The notes beneath the pieces are model-generated. The model saw nothing but the letters and a program-made list of their open reading frames with translations, did not search any database and had not been told where the DNA came from. Below, piece after piece: positions 50,695 to 60,938 of a stretch of 64,000 bases of DNA. Position numbers and translations under genes: made by a program. Each line of letters opens with the position of its first letter. Position 1 is the stretch's first letter. The stretch is from Fibrobacterales bacterium (GTDB taxonomy: Bacteria; Fibrobacterota; Fibrobacteria; Fibrobacterales; JAOPTW01): assembly GCA_051532055.1 (NCBI GenBank), contig JAOPTX010000007.1:32001-96000 (forward strand), written 5' to 3'.

Positions 50695-51057
50695 CTATGG
50701 TAAAAACGAGCGAACTTTACTCAAAAACTCTTTTCTAAAGAATGGCTTTGATATATACCCATCCATACCTTGGGAAAGAATTTTCTCTTTATCACCTTTC
50801 ATTGCAAAGGCAGTAAGAGCGACGATTTTGATATGGTCAGTCTCAGGGTCTTCCTTGAGAAGCCGGGCCGCTGTAAGTCCATCCATTTTTGGGAGCTGTA
50901 AATCCATAAGAACTAGGTCAGGCTTCTCCTTTTTGGCTATTTGAATGCCGATAGGAGCTTCTTCTGCACCAAACACTTCATGTTTTTCCATTTCTAAAAT
51001 AAGGCGTGCCAATGCGAGATTATCTTGATTATCTTCTATGATTAAAATTTTTGCCAT
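50695..51057 (-). CDS. Single-domain response regulator (DivK-like)
   Basis: IEDN, LMDLQLP (phospho-Asp), LTAFAMKGD, KP. Confidence 0.9.
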   Translation of the reverse strand: MAKILIIEDNQDNLALARLILEMEKHEVFGAEEAPIGIQIAKKEKPDLVLMDLQLPKMDGLTAARLLKEDPETDHIKIVALTAFAMKGDKEKILSQGMDGYISKPFFRKEFLSKVRSFLP

Positions 51058-51088
51058 AGTGTAGGATTATTACCTTGGTATAACGATA

Positions 51089-51451
51089 CTATTGCAGTAT
51101 CCCCTCAACTGTTTTTAAAAACTCTTTATAGCGAATTGGTTTCGCAACATACCCATCACACCCACAGTTTAGGGTCTTTTCCATATCCCCTTGCACTGCA
51201 TAAGCGGTAATTGCGACAATTTTAATATGACTCGTTTTAGGGTCATTTTTCAAAATTTGAGTTGCCTCTTTGCCACTCATTTCGGGAAGCTGAATATCCA
51301 TTAGGATAAGATCAGGCTGTTCATCTTGTGCTAAAATAATACCCTGTTCTGCATAGGTAGCTTGACGCACTTCATAACCACTTTTAGACAAAATCAGCGT
51401 AACCATTTTCATGTTATGCGGATTATCTTCAATGACTAATATTTTTTTCAT
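51089..51451 (-). CDS. Single-domain response regulator (DivK-like), paralog
   Basis: IEDN, LMDIQLP, ITAYAVQGD, GCDGYVAKPI. Confidence 0.9.
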   Translation of the reverse strand: MKKILVIEDNPHNMKMVTLILSKSGYEVRQATYAEQGIILAQDEQPDLILMDIQLPEMSGKEATQILKNDPKTSHIKIVAITAYAVQGDMEKTLNCGCDGYVAKPIRYKEFLKTVEGILQ

Positions 51452-51647
51452 ATGCGCTCAATCACAAGTGGGGCGGGTACCCAAACAGTGTACTATATTA
51501 TTGTATATTTAACAATACTATAGAGATAAATCCCCATTTTTTAACACCTCGTTCATTTTCTGCTCTCAAAAAGGTATGTAACGGGCTAAAAGGATGACAT
51601 ATCGCCTAGGGTGAATACTAAAAACTATAGAACTCATTGGATGCAAT

Positions 51648-51680
51648 AAAAAAAGCACAAGGAGTTCACCTTGTGCTTTT
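51648..51680 (-). terminator. Intrinsic terminator after the TrmH-family gene
   Basis: AAAAGCACAAGG-agttca-CCTTGTGCTTTT, with an A run giving a U tract on the minus strand. Confidence 0.85.
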
Positions 51681-51714
51681 GCCCATTATTATTTTCAATA
51701 TTCTTAAATCGTAA

Positions 51715-52737
51715 TTACTTACTTCTCATTTCAAAAAGCTGGGCAGCAACAATACCATGTGCTACCGCTACATTGAGAGATTCAAGCTCGTTCGCCATTG
51801 GAATTTTAACTATCTGATCAGCCATATCCATATAACGTGAATCAGCTCCAGAACCCTCATTTCCTACTAAAAAAGCCACTTTCTTCCGGAGCTTTGCCGT
51901 CGCCAAAGTATTTTTAGCATGGGGTGAAGTTGCGATGATCGTAAACCCTTTACTTCTGAGAAATGAGATTCTTTCCGCAAGGTCTACACGACTCTCAAAA
52001 GGAAGCCGGAGAAATGTCCCTGAAGAGCCTCGTACAACTTTTGAATTAAAGGCATCAACAGTGCCTTTACCCATAATAATCGAATCCATACCAAAGCCAA
52101 GAGAAGTACGGAAAATCCCCCCCAAATTACCTGGATCTTGAACTGCATCAACGAGTGTTACTAAGCGCGCTGAATCATAATTCGGTTTTAGCACCGACAT
52201 GTAGCAGATTGCAAGTATACCCTGAGTCGTTTGAGTTCCACAGATATATTCAAAGTCACTTCGTGAAAATGGTTCCGCCTCAAATCCTTTTGACTCACAA
52301 AAAGCGAGAAGGTCATTATCATCAAACCCTTCCATCACTTTAACACTCTGCACCATTGCCGACGAATGACGCACAACTTCTTCTACACAAGTCGCTCCTT
52401 CAACTATAAAGCGACTCTCTTTTTGACGCCCTTTGTCCGAGTGGAGTGAACGAAGTGTTTTAAGCCACGCTGGAGCTTCAGCTTTACCACCTTTAGTCTC
52501 ATCTGATGATGCTTTAGAGACATCTTTAGAAAACCTTGGTTTCGGTGATGTGTACATGTCTGCACGGGGACCATCTTTACGAGGGCGAGGCTTTTTGTCG
52601 GCTCTGCCACCTTCTCGTTTTTTATCTCCGCGATCGGGACGCTCTTCTTTTTTATGCTCTGGCTCTTCACTTCTTCTCGAAAAGGGTGATACGCGCTCGC
52701 TATCGAATTTACCTTTGATTTTTCTCTGTTCGTCCAT
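51715..52737 (-). CDS. TrmH/SpoU-family RNA 2'-O-methyltransferase with charged N-terminal extension
   Basis: QDPGNLGGIFRT, GNEGSG, IPM, ESLNVAVA. Confidence 0.92.
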   Translation of the reverse strand: MDEQRKIKGKFDSERVSPFSRRSEEPEHKKEERPDRGDKKREGGRADKKPRPRKDGPRADMYTSPKPRFSKDVSKASSDETKGGKAEAPAWLKTLRSLHSDKGRQKESRFIVEGATCVEEVVRHSSAMVQSVKVMEGFDDNDLLAFCESKGFEAEPFSRSDFEYICGTQTTQGILAICYMSVLKPNYDSARLVTLVDAVQDPGNLGGIFRTSLGFGMDSIIMGKGTVDAFNSKVVRGSSGTFLRLPFESRVDLAERISFLRSKGFTIIATSPHAKNTLATAKLRKKVAFLVGNEGSGADSRYMDMADQIVKIPMANELESLNVAVAHGIVAAQLFEMRSK

Positions 52738-52745
52738 ATATTCCT

Positions 52746-53624
52746 CTAATAAACCCGTGTAATGATAAAGTCTGCTATATCTTTTAAAATTGTTGTATCT
52801 ATTGAAAGTGCATCAAGGCACTCAATCGCCTTGGCATGATGCTCTTTTACTCTTTCTTTGGATTCTTCCATACCTAGTATTGCAGGGTAGGTTGCCTTTC
52901 CTTTTTCAATATCTGATCCAACATCTTTTCCAAGCTGTTCAGTTGTCGACTCTATATCGAGTATATCATCTACAATCTGAAATGCAAGTCCAATGTGGTT
53001 TCCATATTCAAGAAGTGCCTTTTTATCACTTTCGCTAATCCCCGCTACCAAACCTCCGCTCAAAATAGAAGCCTCAATAAGTGCAGCAGTTTTATGATAG
53101 TGAATATAGTTGACGGTATCGAGGTCAACTTTTTTGCCCTCTGATTCAATGTCGATAATTTGGCCACCGATCATTCCAAAGGTACCCAGAGCTTTAGCCA
53201 TTACCGAAACGGTTTCGATATTTCCTGTTTTTGCAAGAAGCTCAAAAGCAAGAATACACAGGGCGTCGCCACTGAGTACTGCTGTTGCTTCATCATACTG
53301 TTTATGTGCGGTAGGTTTGCCACGACGAAAGTCATCGTCGTCCATACAAGGAAGGTCATCATGAATGAGAGAGAAGGTGTGAAACATTTCGAGCGCACTG
53401 GTAACATAAAAAATGTCATCTCCAGTACCGCCACATGCTTCAAAAGCCGCATAGGCAAGTCCAGGGCGTAATCTTTTTCCACCGGCAAACATCGAATATC
53501 GCATAGCATCGTGCAGCCGCTTTGGGCGAATGTCATCTCCCGACATATGCTCATCAAACTTTGCCTCGCATAGGGATCCCACGCGTTTTAAATAGTCTAA
53601 TGCTCTTTGAGCGCTCTCGTTCAT
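52746..53624 (-). CDS. ispA: Short-chain polyprenyl diphosphate synthase (FPP/GGPP synthase)
   Basis: GGKRLRP, HDDLPCMDDDDFRRGKPT (FARM), FQIVDDILD (SARM). Confidence 0.93.
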   Translation of the reverse strand: MNESAQRALDYLKRVGSLCEAKFDEHMSGDDIRPKRLHDAMRYSMFAGGKRLRPGLAYAAFEACGGTGDDIFYVTSALEMFHTFSLIHDDLPCMDDDDFRRGKPTAHKQYDEATAVLSGDALCILAFELLAKTGNIETVSVMAKALGTFGMIGGQIIDIESEGKKVDLDTVNYIHYHKTAALIEASILSGGLVAGISESDKKALLEYGNHIGLAFQIVDDILDIESTTEQLGKDVGSDIEKGKATYPAILGMEESKERVKEHHAKAIECLDALSIDTTILKDIADFIITRVY

Positions 53625-53990
53625 ATATCAAACCTTTTTAATTGCCCCTGAATCGTTGAGATCAGGTATGGGAGGGTAAAGATAGGAAAAAGAGGAAATT
53701 TTTGGAGGGGGGGATTTTCACTCGAGTGAATGAATTGAGTCATATGAAACAGGATTTAAATAAAAGAGCTGAATCTAAGGCTTAATTTGTCGTTTTTAAG
53801 CGAAATAGTTGACTTTCCTTAAAAATAAAAATGCCCGTGCGGTTCAAAATTTTGAATGTTTTTTCCAATTGATAGTGTGTCTCTTTCCATAAAGTCTTCC
53901 CATCTTATATGGCGGGCTTGATCGAACGGTCAGAAGGCTTACACTTTCATGCTGGGCATAAGACAAAATTTTGGGTTACACAGGCAAAAT

Positions 53991-54160
53991 ACAAGCATAT
54001 CGGCACATTAACTCTTCGAACTCTATGTTTCCTAAGGATTAGTGCTCGCGACCGGGTTGGATCTCCACTCCCAAAGAGGAAGGTCATGATCTACTTGCGG
54101 CCGTATCCGTACACTGTAACATATAGTGTTAGTCGAGAATTAATGTGCCAGTATGCTTGT
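53991..54160 (-). ncRNA. ssrS: 6S RNA
   Basis: 170-nt rod directly after the zapA stop, the known 6S position. Closing stem ACAAGCATA..GGCACATTAA / TTAATGTGCC..TATGCTTGT, central bubble (AACACUAUAUGUUAC / AAUCCUUAGGAAACAUAG), inner stems AGTGT/GCACT and GGCCG/CGGTC. Confidence 0.85.
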
Positions 54161-54438
54161 TAATACTCACTTAACGTACTCACAATAGTATCTGTTTTTT
54201 CTTCAATTTGCAAGCACAATTTTTCTTTTCCAGCAAGCTCCTTCTCTGCTTTTAACAGTTCTCCTGCAAGAGTCATTGCGACAATAGTCAATTGCTTTTT
54301 TCTGTCTAGAATTTTAGAGGTTTCTTTAATTTTCCCCTCTACTACAGCAATGATTTCGCTTAACTCATCTGGACGAAGGTCTGTCTTTATCGGTATTTCT
54401 AAGCTTCCGATTATAATAGTTTTTGATTCAACGCTCAA
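54160..54438 (-). CDS. zapA: Cell division protein ZapA
   Basis: 92 aa; two strands, helix, 'IVAMTLAGEL' and coiled coil; lies between a zapB-like gene and 6S RNA. Confidence 0.85.
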   Translation of the reverse strand: MSVESKTIIIGSLEIPIKTDLRPDELSEIIAVVEGKIKETSKILDRKKQLTIVAMTLAGELLKAEKELAGKEKLCLQIEEKTDTIVSTLSEY

Positions 54439-54446
54439 TCTATTAC

Positions 54447-54797
54447 CTAATACTCATGTTGATGTTCTTGATGCTCCTGGTGATGGTGCTCTTCATGAAC
54501 TTCTTCTTGATCGCTGGTTGACTCATCAGAGTCTAATTCGATTGAGTCCATTGCACTCAATAAGTATTCCAGTTTCTCAGATGCTTCATTGAGACGTCCA
54601 TCTTTTTCACCGACTTGCAAGTTCAGCTCTTCGAGTTCACCGTGTGCTCCGTTGAGCGATGCTTCGAGTTCTTCGACCCGTGATAGCAATTGGCGGTTCT
54701 TCTCATGTAGGTCACTGTTCTCACTTGACAGATTTCCAATAATTTCAAGTGCCTTTTCTACTTTACGTGAAACAACATCTAACTTTTGTATATCCAT
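54447..54797 (-). CDS. zapB: ZapB-like coiled-coil protein with acidic/His-rich tail
   Basis: 'KLDVVSRKVEKALEIIGNLSSEN' heptads; upstream of zapA. Confidence 0.7.
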   Translation of the reverse strand: MDIQKLDVVSRKVEKALEIIGNLSSENSDLHEKNRQLLSRVEELEASLNGAHGELEELNLQVGEKDGRLNEASEKLEYLLSAMDSIELDSDESTSDQEEVHEEHHHQEHQEHQHEY

Positions 54798-55092
54798 GTA
54801 CTCCTATCCTTCGTTCGCTATTTATAACATAATATAAAAAGAATCAGGGGTGTTACTGGTATATTTCCCCGAATTAAAAAAGTCTCAGGTCAAGGTTTTT
54901 CTGAGTTAAGGGTTCAATCTTCCTCCTTTGGACTTCGACGAAGGACAATTTTTAGTTTTTTACTTTTAGATTCATGTATCAATCTCTCAGGTAGATCTCT
55001 ACACCATGTTTAAAACTTCATTGAGAATCAGAGTATTTTTATTATCCTTTTTGTAATACCCAAACGTCAACGACATCTTACCCAGAGGCCCC

Positions 55093-56694
55093 ATGGATTT
55101 TAGTTATGAAGAACTCCTTCAATTTAGCGAAGACACAACCGAATACCGTAAACTCACTGACGATTATATAAGCGAGTCTGAATTTGAAGGCCAAAAGATT
55201 TTAAAAATATCAAAAGAGGGCCTCACCTTCTTAATGGAACACGCATTTTATGATGTTTCATTTAAACTCCGCACTGCACACCTCGAAAAGGTAGCCGCAA
55301 TACTTGAGGACCCAGAGGCGAGTGATAACGACAAATTTGTGGCATCCAATATGCTTGAAAATTCTGCAATAGCGATACATGGCCTCCTCCCAACCTGCCA
55401 AGATACTGGAACTGCAACAGTTTATGGCATTAAAGGACAACGAGTGTGGACTGATGCCAATGATGCGAAACATATTTCTCACGGTATCTTTAACTGCTTT
55501 CAGAAAAATAACCTTCGCTATTCACAGGTGGTTCCACTCGACATGTTTACAGAACAGAATTCGGGAACAAACCTCCCCGCACAAATTGATCTCCATGCAG
55601 AACGGGGAAGCGCCTATAAGTTTCTTTGTATGGCCAAAGGCGGTGGCTCTGCCAACAAATCCTACCTCTACCAACAGACGAAATCACTGCTCAATGAAAA
55701 AAGCTTTGAGGCATTTATACTCGAAGCAATCAAGGGACTTGGAACTGCAGCCTGCCCTCCGTACCACCTTGCATTTGTCGTCGGAGGAAGCTCTGCCGAC
55801 ACTACTATGAAAATGGTTAAACTTGCATCCGCAGGGTATCTCGATAACCTCCCTACATCGGGGAGCGAAAAAGGCCGGGCATTTAGAGATATCGAGTGGG
55901 AGCAGAAGATTACCGACATGTGTTATAAACTGGGAGTAGGAGCACAATTTGGTGGCAAGTATTTCGTCCACGATGTAAAAGTAATTCGCATGCATCGCCA
56001 TGCAGCATCATGTCCTGTGGGCATTGCAGTAAGTTGCAGTGCAGACCGCAATATTAAAGGCAAGATCACTCGTGAAGGCATTTTTCTAGAAAAGATGGAA
56101 GAACAACCGGGACGATTTTTAAAAAGCACACAAATAACCATGAAACCCGCCGTAGAAATCGACCTCGACAAACCGATGGTTGAGATTTTAGAAGAACTCT
56201 CTAAACATCCAGTAAAAACACGGCTATCCCTTTCAGGCACTATGATTGTCGCACGAGATATTGCTCATGCGAAATTGAAAGAACTCCTCGATAGTGGCAA
56301 GGAGCTCCCTGACTATTTTAAAAATCACCCAGTCTACTACGCCGGCCCCGCTAAAACCCCCGAGGGCATGGCAACAGGAAGTTTTGGTCCAACCACAGCC
56401 AATCGTATGGACCCCTATGTTGACGCTTTTCAAAAAGCTGGCGGCTCAATGATTATGGTTGCTAAAGGAAATCGTTCACTACAAGTGACTGATGCTTGTA
56501 AGGAAAACGGCGGTTTTTACCTTGGTTCAATTGGTGGCCCCGCCGCCATTCTCGCTCAAAACAATATTTTAGAAGTTGAAACCATCGATTTTGAGGAACT
56601 CGGGATGGAAGCAGTTCGAAAAATTAAAATTAAAGATTTCCCTGCCTTCATTATTGTCGATGACAAAGGTAATGACTTCTTTGCCACAATCTAA
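55093..56694 (+). CDS. fumA: Class I (Fe-S) fumarate hydratase
   Basis: [45 protein letters not shown]. Confidence 0.95.
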   Translation: MDFSYEELLQFSEDTTEYRKLTDDYISESEFEGQKILKISKEGLTFLMEHAFYDVSFKLRTAHLEKVAAILEDPEASDNDKFVASNMLENSAIAIHGLLPTCQDTGTATVYGIKGQRVWTDANDAKHISHGIFNCFQKNNLRYSQVVPLDMFTEQNSGTNLPAQIDLHAERGSAYKFLCMAKGGGSANKSYLYQQTKSLLNEKSFEAFILEAIKGLGTAACPPYHLAFVVGGSSADTTMKMVKLASAGYLDNLPTSGSEKGRAFRDIEWEQKITDMCYKLGVGAQFGGKYFVHDVKVIRMHRHAASCPVGIAVSCSADRNIKGKITREGIFLEKMEEQPGRFLKSTQITMKPAVEIDLDKPMVEILEELSKHPVKTRLSLSGTMIVARDIAHAKLKELLDSGKELPDYFKNHPVYYAGPAKTPEGMATGSFGPTTANRMDPYVDAFQKAGGSMIMVAKGNRSLQVTDACKENGGFYLGSIGGPAAILAQNNILEVETIDFEELGMEAVRKIKIKDFPAFIIVDDKGNDFFATI

Positions 56695-56728
56695 AGCAGC
56701 GTTGAACACAGATTACCCTATTTTAACC

Positions 56729-56767
56729 CATACAATAAAAGGCTCCAGTGGAGTCTTTTATTGTATG
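56729..56767. terminator. Long hairpin terminator after fumarase
   Basis: CATACAATAAAAGGCTCC-AGT-GGAGTCTTTTATTGTATG, 18-bp stem. Confidence 0.8.
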
Positions 56768-57376
56768 AACTCCACCTTTTTTACCTAAACACCTTGAAAT
56801 TTATTTCAACTCGATAGCTTTTATCAACAACTACATCATTTTTTCAATCTATTAACACTATTTATTAACCAAATAAATCATTTGAAGTATTTGAGTAAAC
56901 AAAATTGTTACCACCGCATGTAGCATATTTAGAAGAATATTCCAACACCCAATATATAGTACTAACAAGGCCACCATACAACCAAATAAGGTATACCATG
57001 TTTTAAGTCATATTCTACTAGGCTTTAAAAAGGTCTAAACTTTTTACCCTAACTATATCAACACTCTGTTAACAAATCCAGTCTCCAAACCATAAGAAAC
57101 GCGAATATTTCTTACCATTTAGTCAAGTTCACATTCTATCAACATTCGAAGCGTCCTCAAACACCCCCTCCCAAGCGATGAATCAGAATCCACAATTCGA
57201 GTGACCGAAACGAAAATTCGCCCTTTACAAACAAAAATACACTTCTTATACAACATGATAACAGTTTAAAAAATAGTGCACTCCCTCCTCTTCGCTTTAG
57301 AGTTAATTACCGCTTTCAACGCCCCTTTTCTATCTTTTCCCCAAAACAAACCACCTTTTCCTAATTGGAGGCTCCT

Positions 57377-59212
57377 GTGCCTGATTATAGATCGAAGAAA
57401 TCGACCCATGGACGTAATATGGCTGGCGCTCGCTCACTCTGGCGCGCTACCGGCATGAAAGATGATGATTTTGGTAAACCAATCATTGCGATTGCCAACT
57501 CATTCACTCAGTTTGTGCCTGGACATGTTCACTTAAAAGATCTTGGTCAGCTCGTAGCACGGGAAATTGAAAAAGCAGGCGGTGTTGCAAAAGAGTTTAA
57601 CACCATTGCCATTGATGACGGCATCGCAATGGGCCACGAAGGTATGCTCTACAGCCTCCCTTCACGTGAGCTTATCGCCGACTCTGTTGAGTATATGTGT
57701 AACGCCCACTGTGCAGATGCTATTGTGTGCATCTCTAACTGTGACAAAATCACTCCCGGTATGCTCCTTGCTTCAATGCGCCTTAATATCCCTGTAATAT
57801 TTGTTTCGGGGGGCCCTATGGAAGCAGGCAAAGCAGTGATAGATGGTAAAGAAGTGCACCTTGACCTTGTTGATGCAATGGTTAAAGCTGCAGATGATTC
57901 AGTCTCTGATGCCGATGTTAAAACTATTGAAGAGAATGCCTGCCCAACCTGTGGATCATGTTCAGGTATGTTTACTGCAAACTCTATGAACTGCCTTACT
58001 GAAGCACTCGGCCTTGCACTCCCTGGCAACGGAACTATTGTAGCGACCCATGCTGCACGAGAAGAACTCTTTTTACAAGCAGCACGCACTATTGTTGCCA
58101 ACTGTAAAAAATACTATGAGCAGGATGATACGTCGGTACTTCCGCGCTCTATTGCCAACTTCAATGCATTTGAAAATGCTATGCGCCTTGATATTGCTAT
58201 GGGCGGCTCCACTAATACGGTACTCCACCTTCTTGCCATTGCGCAAGAAGCGGAAGTTAACTTTACTATGCAAGACATGAACCGCCTCTCACTTGAGACT
58301 CCATGCCTCTGTAAAGTTGCACCAAACACCGACAAATACCACATCGAAGATGTCCACCGCGCTGGTGGCATCATGAGTATCCTTGCAGAACTCAGAAAAG
58401 GTGGCCTTTGGAATGAAGGATGCTTCTGCGTACACGAAAAAACTCTTGATATAGCGATTGAAAAATGGGATGTTACTAACAACCCCGAAAGTGCTGTAAC
58501 TGATATGTACAAAGCGGCGCCTGGTAACAAACCAAATCTTATCGCATTTTCTCAAAATGAGCGATTTACTGAGCTCGACCTCGACCGTACTGAAGGATGC
58601 ATACGTTCAGTAGAAGGCGCCTACACTAAAGATGGTGGTCTCGCTGTTCTCTATGGGAACATTGCCCTTGATGGCTGTATCGTTAAAACTGCCGGCGTTG
58701 ATGAGTCGTGCTGGGTATTTGATGGTAAAGCCCGTATATTCGAATCTCAAGATGATGCTATTGAAGGCATCCTCAGTGGATCAGTTGGTGCCGGTGACTG
58801 CGTTATTATTCGCTATGAAGGCCCTAAAGGCGGACCCGGCATGCAAGAGATGCTCTACCCAACCTCATACCTTAAATCACGAGGCCTTGGTAAAGAATGC
58901 GCACTCCTTACTGATGGACGCTTCTCTGGAGGAACGTCTGGACTCTCTATTGGACATGCTTCACCAGAAGCTGCTGAAGGTGGAAACATCGGTCTTGTTG
59001 AAGAGGGCGATATCATTAAAATCAACATTCCAAAGAGAATTATCTCTATGGATGTGAGTGATGATGAACTTGCAAAACGTAGAGCCACTATGGAAGCTAA
59101 AGGCGCAACAGCATGGAAACCAAATCGTGACCGCATTGTATCGACTGCACTCAAAGCCTATGCAGCCATGACTACCTCTGCCGATAAAGGCGCGGTGAGA
59201 AGACTCCCATAA
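57377..59212 (+). CDS. ilvD: Dihydroxy-acid dehydratase
   Basis: [51 protein letters not shown] before GTG 57377. Confidence 0.98.
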   Translation: MPDYRSKKSTHGRNMAGARSLWRATGMKDDDFGKPIIAIANSFTQFVPGHVHLKDLGQLVAREIEKAGGVAKEFNTIAIDDGIAMGHEGMLYSLPSRELIADSVEYMCNAHCADAIVCISNCDKITPGMLLASMRLNIPVIFVSGGPMEAGKAVIDGKEVHLDLVDAMVKAADDSVSDADVKTIEENACPTCGSCSGMFTANSMNCLTEALGLALPGNGTIVATHAAREELFLQAARTIVANCKKYYEQDDTSVLPRSIANFNAFENAMRLDIAMGGSTNTVLHLLAIAQEAEVNFTMQDMNRLSLETPCLCKVAPNTDKYHIEDVHRAGGIMSILAELRKGGLWNEGCFCVHEKTLDIAIEKWDVTNNPESAVTDMYKAAPGNKPNLIAFSQNERFTELDLDRTEGCIRSVEGAYTKDGGLAVLYGNIALDGCIVKTAGVDESCWVFDGKARIFESQDDAIEGILSGSVGAGDCVIIRYEGPKGGPGMQEMLYPTSYLKSRGLGKECALLTDGRFSGGTSGLSIGHASPEAAEGGNIGLVEEGDIIKINIPKRIISMDVSDDELAKRRATMEAKGATAWKPNRDRIVSTALKAYAAMTTSADKGAVRRLP

Positions 59213-59234
59213 AACTAAACAGTAACAACTCTTT

Positions 59235-59260
59235 AAGCCCAGTCTTTACTGGGCTTTTTT
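59235..59260 (+). terminator. Intrinsic terminator after ilvD
   Basis: AAGCCCAGT-CTTT-ACTGGGCTT-TTTT. Confidence 0.85.
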
Positions 59261-59301
59261 AATACCCGCAGCAAACTACCATTAGAAATAGGCACATACA
59301 T

Positions 59302-59853
59302 ATGGCACCGAAAAACAGAGACCACCTCCTCCTCCCCTTTCAGATTGTCACCATTATTTGGGCAGTCTTTATTATTGATGCCGTTCTTCCCGGAACCTTC
59401 AATCACTTTGGAATTTTACCGCGAACCCAATGGGGGCTCATTGGTGTGATTGCATCTCCTTTTCTTCATGGATCACTTTCACATATAACAAGTAATACCG
59501 TACCGCTCATGATACTCACTGGTGTCACTGCACTCTTTTATCACCGAAAAACGTTTGGAATTTTACTCTCAATTACCATTATCAGTGGCTTATTGGTCTG
59601 GGCCTTTGGACGGCCTTCTTATCACATTGGTGCGAGTAGTGTAATTTTTGGATTAATTGGATTTCTTATTTCCTTCGGACTCTTCCACAGGAAGTTTATT
59701 CCAATTATCATTTCGGTATTGATAGGACTCACCTTTGGAACCACCCTACTCATGGGCATTCTCCCCAATCAACCTGGAGTATCTTGGGAAGGTCATCTCT
59801 TTGGCGCCGTAGCCGGAGCTATAACCGCCCGTTATCTCGCAAAAAAATCATAA
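59302..59853 (+). CDS. Rhomboid-family intramembrane serine protease
   Basis: FLHGSLSHITSN, HIGASS (catalytic Ser), SWEGHLFG (catalytic His). Confidence 0.9.
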   Translation: MAPKNRDHLLLPFQIVTIIWAVFIIDAVLPGTFNHFGILPRTQWGLIGVIASPFLHGSLSHITSNTVPLMILTGVTALFYHRKTFGILLSITIISGLLVWAFGRPSYHIGASSVIFGLIGFLISFGLFHRKFIPIIISVLIGLTFGTTLLMGILPNQPGVSWEGHLFGAVAGAITARYLAKKS

Positions 59854-59872
59854 CAGCATTTTAGCGGGACCT

Positions 59873-60766
59873 CTAAAATGCTACCTGCAGACCAAAACTG
59901 GGAATGATGGTAACCCCATCCATTTCTACCGTGTCATTATTGAGTACTGCATACTCTCCATAATTTTGATTATAGACACTGAGTGAAAGAATAAGAAAAA
60001 CATGCTTATAGCCCGCCTTCACATTTACAAAGGGACCATAAGAGACAAAGCCACTCTCTTGCTCTGGAATAACTTCAAGCTCTTCAAGATCGCCATCTAC
60101 AGTCCTAATAATGTCAACGGTCCCAAATTTTTTGAATTCATAAGTGATCGATGTATAATTTACCGCTAATCCATAGTTGATCGATCCATATTTTTCATCG
60201 GGGCCAAAAGAGTTACCAAATATTAAACGCCCAAGAATATCACTCCGTGCAAACTCATACCCGAGCAGTGATTGTACTTTACCCGCTATTGAAGGAAGGT
60301 CGTAATCTTGAGAGGAATACTGAAGGCCAAACGAACCGTACATTGCCTCCCCTGTCTCTGAACCGATGGCCGCAGTAGAGCCCATAAATTGATACTGCAC
60401 ATCATAAACCTTAACACGACCAGCGTAGGTAAAGCCGAGGTCAAATCCTTTAAATAAACCATAGCGTATATAGAAGCCTGTACCAAATGCTATAGGATCT
60501 ACAGATTGCGCCACTACAAGCTCAGATAAATTATGAAGGCGGTCAGGTTCAACAACTGTGGAGTCAGCATTGAGGTTATCTACTTCGTCTTCAATTTCTC
60601 CTGAAACGATATTCATCGTATTGAGTGGAATGTTTGGTGACATATCCATCCCAACCTTAAAACTACCCTTTGGAGTTACCTTTGCAGATTGAGAATTATA
60701 TCGCGGTGCAGCACATTGAGTAAACAATACTACAAGAAATACTAATGCCACATATTTAAAAACCAT
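59873..60766 (-). CDS. Hypothetical lipoprotein / outer-membrane beta-barrel
   Basis: FTQC lipobox-like signal, amphipathic strands, C-terminal SFGLQVAF. Confidence 0.65.
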   Translation of the reverse strand: MVFKYVALVFLVVLFTQCAAPRYNSQSAKVTPKGSFKVGMDMSPNIPLNTMNIVSGEIEDEVDNLNADSTVVEPDRLHNLSELVVAQSVDPIAFGTGFYIRYGLFKGFDLGFTYAGRVKVYDVQYQFMGSTAAIGSETGEAMYGSFGLQYSSQDYDLPSIAGKVQSLLGYEFARSDILGRLIFGNSFGPDEKYGSINYGLAVNYTSITYEFKKFGTVDIIRTVDGDLEELEVIPEQESGFVSYGPFVNVKAGYKHVFLILSLSVYNQNYGEYAVLNNDTVEMDGVTIIPSFGLQVAF

Positions 60767-60938
60767 ACCATCTCCTTAATTAAATCAATTAAATAATAAG
60801 AAAATTCACATACTCATTCACCTAATCAAGAACCAACTGTGATATACCTCACAATCCTGTATGCAATTTTTCTATAACGCACTCCCCTTTTACACAAATC
60901 ATTCTATTATAACACTATACGTTCTAATAACCATCCTC

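Noticed and set aside
53831..53959. Cobalamin or ZTP riboswitch (CCCGCCA..GGGAAG; CTGGGCA words)
   Set aside because: Core elements of both families are missing, and the downstream gene (ispA) does not fit either ligand
53909..54163. 84-aa plus-strand ORF
   Set aside because: Antisense to the 6S RNA with no protein-like features
56947..56962. NrdR-box-like ACCCAATATATAGTAC
   Set aside because: Single good copy without a correctly spaced partner, and no ribonucleotide reductase gene nearby
56770..57370. oriC, or an ilv attenuator/leader peptide, in the long intergenic region
   Set aside because: No visible GC-skew switch and no dnaA/gidA context. There is no Ile/Leu/Val-rich leader with a terminator; only the 4-codon MITV.
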